From positions 434,001 through 498,000 of the forward strand of contig QPMI01000010.1 of NCBI GenBank assembly GCA_004431415.1: a DNA stretch of 64,000 bases, given 5' to 3'. This DNA comes from Cyanophora paradoxa CCMP329 (lineage: Eukaryota; Plantae; Glaucophyta). The position numbers were made by a program, and so were the translations under genes. The notes beneath the pieces are model-generated. The model worked only from the letters and a program-made list of their open reading frames with translations. It did not search any database and was not told where the DNA came from. This document shows, in pieces, positions 36,401 through 48,400 of the stretch (its first letter is position 1; each line of letters begins with the position of its first letter).

Positions 36401-39400
36401 ACGACGTGGACTCCATGAAATATTTCTACGTTCCACTTGGAGGGGCCAAAGGAAGGGGCCAGTATATGATATGTGATATCGAAGATGCTCCTACAATGAT
36501 GAGATATAACTGGTGTTTGGATGGGGATGGTTATGCTAAGACAAGTGTAAGGCGAGATGAAGGGAAATGGTTGGTATTGTATGCTCATCGATTGATAATG
36601 ACAAATGAACTGAAAGAAGGGTTGGTTGTCGACCATGTGAGCAGAGATAAATTGGACAACAGGAAGTGTAATCTGAGGGTATGCTATCCTTTTGAGAATA
36701 ATAGGAATAGGAGTAAAAGCAGCAATACAAGCAGTCAATATAAAGGTGTTTCTTTCAAGAAACGAGAGGGTAAATGGTGTGCTCAGATTACAATTAATGA
36801 CAAAAGGCTCTCTTTGGGGTATTACAAAAATGAAGCCTTAGCCGCTCATGCCTACAATCAGGCGGCAATTGAACACTATGGAGACTTTGCCGCTCTCAAT
36901 GAGATTAAGCCCGAGGCACAAAATACCGAATAGAATCAGCATTTAAAGAATAAAATCTTACCTATAGTGTAGAGGAACAAGAATTAAAATGGCATACCAT
37001 GCGGCATCTCAAATTGCCTATGTGACTCGTCGCCGTGCTCAAGATCCTGCTTTCCGTGAGAGAATGAAGCTTAATAGTCTGAGGAGCAGATACTACAAAG
37101 GTGACCCCCTTCCCTGTGTGAGGTACCTCTTTGATGAAAGGAGGTGCCTTGTTGGCAGACCAAGGACAGTGGTGTATTGAGGGGGTCGCGAAAAATTGAT
37201 TGTTTTATTTAATGATTCTATAAACTACTTAAGGACAAGGGTGTCAATAGAATCATCAAATTATTTTCTCACCCTATTATAGAATGGCTCCCTCATTCAG
37301 CTCAATCAACCCCAATGGCAACACCTTCATTCTCACTGAGCGCATCCACAGAGGTAACCTCAAATGGGTGGTGGAGAACTTTGATAATCTCCAGTTTCGC
37401 CCTGAAACTGACAAGACCCAAATGAGAGCCATCATCCAGAAATTACTTTCTATCGTCGATCATGAGGGCTACCACACCTGTAAATATAAGCAGGTGAAGC
37501 ACAACACTGGTAGGTACTTTGTGGATGGAAAAACCCCCAGCCTTCAAAGCATCTGTAGGGAAATTCGCCACACCATTTCCAAGGACTACTACTATGACAT
37601 TGACATTGTGAACTGCCACCCTGTCCTGCTTGTTCAGTATTGTGAGAAACATTCAATTGCCACTCCTCAGCTGAACAAATATGTTCAGAGCAGGGATGAA
37701 ATTCTTGATGATCTCTGTGAGGTCACCCAGAAATCCAAGGCTGATGTCAAGCGCAGCATTCTGGCAGTCATCAATGGTGGGCAAGGGGCTGACCTCTCTA
37801 GCCTACTTATCAATCACAAGTACTTCAGTGATCTCAAAGAGGAAATGGCCAAAGTCCATCAATTCATTGGTGGGATTGAGAAGCAGCGCTTCTATGCTAT
37901 TGCTAAGCGCAAGAAAGAAAGCAATGTACTTGGTTCCACCATGAATATGGTACTATGTGACCTTGAGAATCAGGTGTTAATGGCTGCTTGTGAGTACTTC
38001 AGTGCTCTTAAGCTCCATGTGGATGTCTTGGTCTTTGATGGATGTATGATCAGGAAAGACCCCAAAGTATTGAGTGCTTTGGAAGAGGTTAGTGATTATG
38101 TGGAGGGGAAAACTGGCTACAGGGTGACTTTTGTGGAAAAACCTATGACCAGTGGGTTTGATGTACCTGAATGTCAAGCTTCCCTTTCCAACATTGATTA
38201 CAAGACTGCTCCAATTCCTACCAACTGTGATTACATGGAGATCAAGCCCTACATGGATGCCAGACTTGCTCACATTATGAAGCCTGGGTTTGTCTTGTCT
38301 TGGAATGATCATACCAAGAAGTATGACACAACCAGCTTCAAAAGCTTGGCTGAGGATGTATACCCTCACATTCAGTACACAGAGTTTGACCTAATGTCTA
38401 TGAAGATGGAGCCTCATAACTTCATCAAAAAGTGGGCGAAAGATGAGACTGCCACAAGGTATGATTACTTGGACTTCCTCCCACCTCCTGTAAAATCTGC
38501 TTCCACCACTGCCAAGGTGTTTAATGCCTATGCTGGTATGAAAGGTGAGCTTATGGATGTGAGTGAAATGGATATTCCTCCTGATGTAACTGAGGAAGAT
38601 GTTAGCCCATTCCTTGACCACATGATGATTCTCAGTGGTGAAGATGCTTCTACATTCAATTACATACTGAAGTACTTTGCCCACATTATTCAGAGACCTG
38701 GGGAGTTGAATGGGATTTCAATCATCTTCAAGGGAAAGCAAGGAGTGGGGAAGAACATCATATTGGATTGGTTTCAAAATGAAATACTGGGTGGGGACTT
38801 GGCTTTCAGCACAGCCAACCCACTGAAGGACTTATTTGGAAACTTTGCCCACCAGCGAAAGCACAAACTACTTATCACTGTGAATGAGGCAAGTGGCAAA
38901 GACACCTTCACAAACAGTGATGCCCTCAAGGACATGATCACTGCTGAGAAAATTGTAATTGAGGCTAAGTATGTCAATTCTCATGAGGTGAGGAATTTCG
39001 CCAGGATCATATTTACTACCAACAACACCCTACCAATCAAAGTGGAGGCTGGAGATAGAAGGTTTGTGATTGTGGAGGTGAGTGACAAGAAAAAGGGTGA
39101 CATGAAATATTTCAAGGCACTGGGTAATTGGCTGAAGGAGCCAAGAAACCAGCACATGGTATTCCTCTACTTGAAAAACAAGGTGGATGTCACAGACGTG
39201 AACTGGTATGCTGACAGGCCAATGACCAACAGCTACTACCTTGCCCAACAAGCAAGTGTTCCTGTCACTGCCTTGTTCACCAAGGATTTGGTAGACACCC
39301 AAAAGATTACCAAGGATACACCAAGGACTGAGAACAGGCAACAGGTGTGGGAGTGGTTCCAGCAGTTCATTACAATTAATAAATTCAAGAATGAATTCAG

Positions 39401-42400
39401 CTCAAGGAAGTTCTACATTGAGATGGCTGGACTGGAATATGTGAGGCCTACCAAGTATTGTGGAAGGGAGTGTTATGTCTTCAAGTGGGATGAGATGATG
39501 GCTTACTTCAAGAGCTGTGGGCTGTTGGTGGAGTTTTTGGAAGAGGAGGAGGATTAGGGGGGGCTCATGATAGGTTTTTGGGGGGGGTTCAAGACGTCTG
39601 GGGGACCTTCTGGGGGACCTTCATTTTTTACTTTCTGGTTGTTTTATGACCAGAAATGGTAATAATGTATACACATAGGGGGGTTAGGGGACCTAGGGGG
39701 GGATATATAACTCCTATAGCCTCCAACTCTTTTTCATTTTTAAGCAACAAGCCAGAAATATATAGAGTTGTGAGAGAATACCCCCCTACCCACCCAACAA
39801 CCCCCTAATCCCCCCTAGCCCCCACCTTCCAGACTGAGAATGGTAACCTAAACAACAAGACGTCAGTTGGCAGAACCCCCCCCTAACTTCCCCTTGAGTC
39901 CCCTAACCCCCCCAAATCTACCCCACTTGCTTGTAGGCCACCAGCACTTAAGGACATCTTCATATAGCATGGTGAAGAGCCCAAGCCCCCAAGTGCCCAC
40001 CAAAAATTGATTCTTGACACCCCCAACCCCCCAAACAGTCTTACATAAGCCCACCAGTACCACCATGGACTCAGATAGCAGCTATGATGACATCCCCCTT
40101 GAGGACATGGTTGAACTGTGGGAGGCAGTCAGGCAGCAGTATTATGATGAGTATAGGAAGTCCCCCCAAGACATCAACCCCCAGACCTGTAAAGAATTGC
40201 GCAGATTGATGAAGGCATATGAGAACATCATATGTGATAACTATGGCATGGAGGGGTATGCCCTACTCCACAAAGCAAATTTTAGCTGGAGAAAGTCATG
40301 AAAATTGTAAGTACCCCATCTCAAAATCTCCGATTCATCCCTTGAAAATATCACCGTTGGATTCCTCGTAAAAAGTAGATATTTATAGACCCCAATATCA
40401 TAGCCCTAAGATGATCTGGTGACGAGCTACGAATATTTTCAGGTTCGCATATACCATATATATATACCATAATGATATATGTATATGATATATCATAATG
40501 TCACATGACATATATATATATCATAGCTTTTCGGACTCGCCGCGTCATGGCGATCACGGCGCTATAGGTTTTACCGAAACTTGTTTTTTTTTATATATAT
40601 AATATACATATATGAGCCGGCCTACCGTTGACCAGTATACGTAGTCACGCCAGCCAGCCTACCGTAGACCAGTAGGCACGCCAGCCAGCCTACCGTAGAC
40701 CAGTAGGCACGCCAGCCAGCCTACCGTAGACCAGTAGGCACGCCAGCCAGCCTACCGTAGACCAGTAGGCACGCCAGCCAGCCTACCGTAGACCAGTAGG
40801 CACGCCAGCCGGCCTACCGTAGACCAGTAGGCAAGCCCGCCAGCCTACCAGAGAGCGGTAGGCGCTTATTTCCTTATAGAACTCTATAAGAACATTTATA
40901 TTCCATTTAATTGGAGCCACCTAAGAAGCTCATATAATTAAATCGTATAAGACCATATAAGATTTTGGATAAGATTTATATAATCTATTACACTTCTATG
41001 TGAGCGACAATAAGGAGTCTAATAAGGATGGGTTAAATGTGGCGACTCTTGAAAGATTTCTTATAAGAACCTTATAGAGATTGCGCGGCGCAATCTAGAA
41101 GTTGCGCACAGTATGGGCTGCGCAAGCCTGAGATTGCTCCTTGTATGGCCGCGCAACGCTGAGATTGCTCCTTGTATGGCCGCGCAACGCTGAGATTGCT
41201 CCTTGTATGGCCGCGCAACGCTGAGATTGCGCAGCTATTTCCTTATAGAGCTCTATAAGAATGTTTCTAAAACTTTCAATTAGAGCCACTTAAGGAACTT
41301 CAAACGCGAATATCTCGGCACCAGATTGGCCGTTTTGAGCGCTCTTTTTTTTCCTGTGAAGCTCTCATCACGCTCTACGCAGAGCCGCCCCTTTCGCATT
41401 TTTATGCTGCCTAAAAGTAGATTATTATGACAACTCCCATCCATACTCGCCTTGTAGAGGTCTCCTTTGAACTCTCATATTTGGCGCTGACGTCTCCAAG
41501 CTCAGAACTGAGTAACTCCATACATCGCCTCTCTATAGAACTGTACAACCTTGGTCATCGAATAGCCCCCCTGTCTCCACATATCAAAGCAGCTTTACAA
41601 AAAATATCAAACGACCTTCTAATGCTTGGAAACGAGATAAATACCCTCCCTGATGGCAGATAATGTGCTCAATGTAGACGGTTTCCTTGGTACTCATCCC
41701 AAGCGCTGCTTACAGCCTGAGCAAATTGCTCCCCTGTCACCTCTTCAATACTCTCCAAGCTTACCCTTTGCCCCTCAGTTGACCCTGTCCTCAGCACCAC
41801 ATCATAGGGAGACCCACTCCTGGATCCACTTGGGGAGGAAGATCCAATGCTGACGTCAATAGTAGTATCACAACAGCTACATTTATAATTGCTGGTCACA
41901 TGTATATGAAACATATCCAGCAATTGTTGGAGCCATTGCCACATCTTACAAGTAACAGGACAAAATAACTCAGTTGCTGCTCTCAGTGGTTAAAAAGTAT
42001 TTAGCCGGCCTCCCCATTGGCCTCACCACTTCTTTTTGTGCCCTTCGGCGATAATATGATGCCAAGGCTTGTTGTTTCTTAACCTCTCTATATGCTGGGT
42101 CTTCCCTGTATCTTTTTTGGTTTGCTAAAGCGCTCTTAATATAACTCTCACTTACAGGACTATCAACGGTGAACTCAACCAGACTGATGGTATCATCCAT
42201 TTATAATAGAAAAAACGTTTATTTTTTCTCAAAGCCAAACCCGTCGTTTATACACTGTGGGGGCTACGCCTTTGTCCACCTCTGCCTTTGTAGCACCTGG
42301 CTCAATAGTCCCCTTTTGGGTCTTTGTTTTCATTTCATCAACAGCTTGCTCATCGATTTGGGTCTCTTTCTTGGCAATAAACTGTTTATCTGGAATCCCA

Positions 42401-45400
42401 GTTATCCCCATTTTGAACACCTCCTTTCTAAGCATCTCCTTGAGTTTGGACCTCTCTCTCTTCTCAGTTACATACTGCTCCAAAGCACTTGACTTGGCTT
42501 CCAGATCTTTAAGCTTGGCAGTCATTTCGTCCCATTGAGCCTTGGGAACTCTATGAATATTCTGGGTGGGAGCAGTCTTGTATGTGACTTCACCCGCCAT
42601 AGACTGGATAACCTTGTCGGATTCTTTACTGAGACCCTCACCTTTGCGAGTGAGTGATAGATCTTGGAGCCCAAGACCTTTATCATCAGCAGCACCTATA
42701 ATTCGCCTGGCACCCTCACCCACAGCCTTCATTTTAGAAGCTTCAGGGGAGATGTTGAGCTGATCACTGGTGGACGTCTGTGGGGCTTTGTCATCAAAAG
42801 ATTCCTCATAGGCGGCATTAAGGGGATCCTCTTGCTGTTGTGAGGGCTTAACCTCATTCATTCCATTGAATTTAAGCGGGTCTGTGTTAATGGAGCCATT
42901 GTTACCACCACCTGAATACCCAACAGCCCCAGCAGGGATGCCTATTTTCCGTTTGGGGGGCATTGTGTCTTTATTAAAGTGAGAGATATTTTTATAGACC
43001 GCGTTTATATCGCATTAACTTACTACTATGAACTTGGCTTTTCACTTCTTTGCGCCCCTCTTCTTTCTCTGGTGGTTTAAGCTCATCTTCTTTCTTCTTT
43101 GGCTTCCTGTGGAACCGTGGAAATGGGAAATCTTTGACCAAATCCGCTTTATCTACGAAATATTTCACAGAATAATCTGCGGATGACCAAATTAGGAACT
43201 GGTAGGAATGTACGTACTCTTCAAACATTTTATAGAAAACATCTTTGTCCCGCATTATATTGTATTCTTCCTCAATGGCTTCAAGCTCCTTTCTATTGGC
43301 AGCGCTGAGGAACATAGCATAATCTGAGTTGACGCGAATGGTCGATGAGACTTTCCTTAGCTTTTGTGTGATACAGATAATAGATATTTTCGAATGTCTA
43401 CCACGACTGTAAAGACTTCCGATTATTTTATCTCGGGTCAAATCTACTATTTCGTTGTCAATAAGGTCGTCCAAAACAACACATAATTGGTTAACAGGTT
43501 CCCCTTTTTCTATTTTCTCTTGCCTTTCATCCAGCAATTTAGCAATGTAAGGGGCGTCCCATTTCCCCAATTGTAATGTGGCCACCTTATCCCAGAAATG
43601 ATTAAAGCTTGTTCCACTCACCACCAAAACGACATCAATCTTTTTGGCATCATGAAGCTGCTTGAGCCAGTACTTTACAGCCTCTGATTTACCAGTAGCA
43701 GATTTGCCAATTGCCAAAACGCGGAAAGGGGGATTTATCATCTCACCAGCATTAAATTCGTCCAAGTCGCCCATGCTTCCTTCTATAAAGAACCAGATAA
43801 AAATAATACGATGTGACTGAATATGGTTTATAGATTGATTCGCCTCAAGCCGTCCTTGTCCACAATAATGAAACTATGCATGAGAGCGCGAACATTGACA
43901 TCAATTGCCTTGTCAGTGGGCATGTAGAGAGTGAGGAATGAAGATGAAGAATTGGTCAGGTCAACATAGCCAGACTGGGCAACATTGCGAATAGCCTTCT
44001 CACCATCAAGACAGAATGGCAGCCCTGAAAGAACATAGCGATCAGCAACCTTATCCATGTTAGAGCATTTGAAGACATCAGCAATCAGCTCAGCACCCTT
44101 GAGCAGTGGAATGGGCTCAGTGGCATAGAGACGTTGACCATTAATTTCCACAGTGAAAGTAATATCTTTGGAGTTGGAGTAGGTCTTAAGTACACTGTGG
44201 GAACCATTAGCTTTGTCAACATTAGCGTTATCACGAACTGAAACAAGCAGAGCATAAACGAGACCTGATATTTGGGAGAGGTTAACTCGATTGGGTTGGG
44301 CAAGACCCTTGGCTTTCATATCACTGACATCCACAAATCCAATATCCAGAGCAGGGATAGCCATGCCAGTTGTCTTTACCTTCTCAATAACAGTAGCGAA
44401 AAGCTCATCAGACACATTAACAGCATACATATAAAGGCGAGGAGAAGTAATTTTAATTTCAACGTTTGGCGCACCAAGATTGAAAGTGGTGATGTTTTGG
44501 CCAACATGTGCCAGCACAGATTCAGCAGGTGCGACGCCAAGCCCATCATCCTTGTCCCCATCAATGGCTGTGTCCCCAGCCTTAGGAAGAGTACGACCAC
44601 CATAAGAAGTCTCAACATAACCCTTCCCTACATCCTTGAACCAAACAGTTACTACCATTTCACCAGACAGAGCACCAAGAGGTAGGTAGTGGTTTAGCCA
44701 AGGCACAGGAATTTCAACAAAGAATGAGCCACCAAGTCGGTTGGTTCCATGGGCGGGGATGCCGTGAAGCATGCCCATTGATCGCTTCTTTTTGGCAAGC
44801 TGATCCTCACTATAATAGACAAGAGGGAAATGAGCAAGGAAATCAGAAGGGATATGGTAGGTGTATGACCCATAGGTAATTTCAAGTCGCTGAACCAAAG
44901 CACCAACTGGGCGAGTATACCCATTTCGAACAAGATCAGCATCACCAAAAGTGATAGCTGGAAGGTCGAAGGCAAGTTCGAGTTTGCCACAGAAATTGTA
45001 GCGAGGGAGTTTGAATGAAATGCGATTTCCAACACTATTTTCAAAAGTATTGCTCGGGTTCACAACAACAAGAACGGGCTTCGACTTGGATTCAAGACCA
45101 AGCATTAGGGAGTTATCCAGAAAGAAGGCCTTGGCCTCCTCTGGGGTTGTTAGGGCTTCTTTCAACGAAAGGCGCTGGAGGGTCGACGTAATATCCATGA
45201 TTTTCTCTTTTATTATACTGTAACATAAAAAAATTACGAATGAACCTTGTGTTTACCCAAAACTCGCAATGATTGGATATGTTGGATGACTTTGTGACAT
45301 CCGCATCTTAAAGTATTCATAGACAGGGTCGCCTGCTGGCTCCTCCCCATATCGAATTTCAAATGTGAGGTGGACAGGTTGACCCTCAAAATCGATTGGT

Positions 45401-48400
45401 TCGTTTATAGCATTTACTATATCCACAGAGAATGTAGACAAACCCATTTTTTTGTTATAGTACTTGTAAAGTGGGTGAGATTCTGTTGAATTGTAAACCA
45501 CATGCTCACCGTAGTCCTTGTCAGGAACTACTATTTTATGGAAGTAACCAGTCAGGAGACCATCCCCACACTGAACCAGATCACCCAACTCTTTTACTCT
45601 GACAAATAAAACACTGTCCCTGGTCTTTTCAGGCTCAAACGAAGATATAATACCATTCACCCGTTCACCAGTAAAGATGCCATCAGTAAGAGCATTATAA
45701 ACCTGTGATTGGATTGGGGAATTTCCATATCTTCCGGGATCAAGACCAAGCAATCGGGCAGCGCTCAGTAACTTTTGGATCGTTTTCTGGTTTGGATTTC
45801 CAGCAACAGAGAAGGCTAGATAGAAAGGTTTCTCTGAGTGGAATATAATTCGTTTTAGTGACTCATCCCATTTACAGCGAATAGATGGTTCCGGCTCTCT
45901 ATCATCGAATTTCGCATTAATTACATTTACCAATTGCTGGTGGCTTTGAATGGGTTTTTTGCGGCTTATTATTAATTGCTTCCAAGGTTCAAAGCCGGCC
46001 GCTGGTCGAGTAGTTGGAATGCCATCAATGCCAGCACCATCGAATTCTTCACTCCAAAAAATGCTGAATGAATTATCAATTGTAATATCCCCTGGTTGCG
46101 TTTCACCACTCACCATAGGGATACTATTATAAAATTCGGCCGAGACCAGCCTGACAGCCCTCACATTCTCATATATGTTTGGAAGTCGAGCTATAAAGCT
46201 TGAAGTAGGACCGTCACCAGAGATTGTATTAAAAGAGCTCACCTCAATGTAGTCCACGGGCATTCTCCTTTTATCTATATTCATATATTAAAATGAACCG
46301 GCTTGTCAATGTTGATAGCAGGGATCGCAGCCAAGGTGAAACCGAAAACTCTTACAGGGTTGCCCTCACAACACCAGTAGAGAGACCTCGAGAGTGTAGG
46401 GTTATTTACGCAGAAATTCCAAACAGCATTTACAATAGTGTGGGAACAGATCATTTAATAGTGGAATTCACCTATCAGGATAGTTCTGTCACTGAAACAG
46501 TAACTTACAACATTTCCCCCCTGCCAACCGGTTATATCAATCAGGGACATTTTGGGGTCACCCAACCATACAACTATGGATTGAACTATGTGTTCTATGA
46601 GGAAACTATAGCAGGAAAAACAGTTGCTTTCGAATTCAAATTATTTTACAATCCAACCACTTATAAAGTGGAGTTCTACAGTAACAGATTTTTCCGTATA
46701 AGAGCAAGCAATAAGCGTATTGGTAAGCTTCTGGGGTTAAGCTCAACTGAGTTCCAGTCTTCATTTATGGATGACAATTCGCCCTCTCAATCTCCATATC
46801 GCCCTGAGAATTTTCTAAAGTATGATGGCAAACCTATCACACTCAATCACCCCTTGTGGGGAACTACCTTTTCGGGATCCAGACTTTCATCCACACCTCT
46901 TAGATATGTTTATTACAGCAATAAGATGGCAGACATGAACGCTGAGCAGTACCTTTATTTACATGTCAAAGAACTTGCTCCCTTTGCCAGCAGACATAAT
47001 ATAGTCCCAAAATCACAGCCACAAAACCAAGGCGCCATACTGAGACTCCAATTAAGCAAGGATATAGGAGGCTATGTTTACTATAATGGTGAACATGGGG
47101 AGTTTATTCGAATTAATGACCGACATCTGGTGGTGAGAGAACTAACAGTTGAGTTCAAAGACTACTTTGGTGACATCATTGACATGAATGGAATTGACAA
47201 TTCTTTTCAGCTCGAGTTTATCGAATAAACGCACCTGTAAAATCGACTCTCATTGTGGGAGCATTCACATAGACAAGGGGATAAATGCGAACATATTTGA
47301 TTCTCAAAGAGAACCCTACGTAGAAAGCATCCTTGATGGTGAGAGGGTAACCATTTAATAAAGCTATATCGCCGGAATTATTAGCATTGTTTATATTCTC
47401 ACAAACAAATGTTTTGTTCTGCCCTTCTGCTCGAATAAAAGACCAGTTGATCCCATTAGTTGATGTAGCCACATTGAAAGTCTTTATAAAAGCATTGGTG
47501 TCCCCTGACCCATAGGCAACCACTGAAGAGAGTTCAAAAGTGTATGGGAAAGCAACTTGAAGGTACTCAGTGGGGGTCTCCCATATCTGCTCTGGAGCAA
47601 ATGCCCCAGCTTCCCAGCCAAATGATGAAGGTCGAGCCATGTGGGGCTCTTTACCTATCACAGAGGAGGAGGCAGTAAAAGCATCATCAGCAAGTTTGTA
47701 CCAATTAGCATCCAAAGGTGGTGACAGGGTGAGAGTGGAAGAGATATAAGCTTTTGATGGGTTCTTTAATTCATAGTTTGCTACCAGCAAATCGCAAAGC
47801 TTATTAATCATGGTGTTGTTTGCTGCTATGTATGTCTCAGTGAACGAAAGCATGTCGGGGATTTTAGAGGTATCATCAAGGGACTTGACTATGTGATTTG
47901 GAAGAGGAACAGATAGCCTATAGTACCTCCCATAATCCTGATCGTAGTTGTAAGGCAGCAACTCCTCCATCTTGTCAAGAGCTGACAGCTCACTTGCTGC
48001 CATGAGCATGTTAATCAATGGGCTTCCATCTGTTGAGGCAATCCATGAGAGAATGCCCAACTGTTCACAGTCTCATAACCATAGCCGAAATAATCAGACT
48101 CTAAATATGGGTCTACCTCACCACAAGAGATGCTTATAACTATAATGTCATCATCATCACTGTAAATCTTCCTCGCATGGCTATAGCCACACACACTTGG
48201 GTTATTGTTTCCTGAAATAGCACCATCAATAAGGCAAGCAGTTACCCCTCGATTAAAATCAACTATACTCACAGGAGAAAAGTAGGTGGGAGCAGCAGAG
48301 GTAGCCCTTGCTGCTATTTTACAGGGCAGAAAGTTATAGTTGTTATCATTTGTGATAAATATAGGTTTCATGTACTGAGTATCAAACGAAGTAATCACAA

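Noticed and set aside
36265-36738. N-terminal 158 aa of the 1189-aa pPolB ORF in the track
   Set aside because: It begins at a non-ATG codon and is mostly the antisense of the HNH-AP2 gene. The ATG at 36264 has an upstream AT-rich promoter-like spacer.
40616-41230. 31-bp repeat arrays as a CRISPR array
   Set aside because: Units are head-to-tail with no unique spacers, and no cas genes are present.
41095-41289. 64-aa ORF across array B
   Set aside because: It is a translation of a 31-bp (non-triplet) repeat with a non-ATG start and no coding signal.
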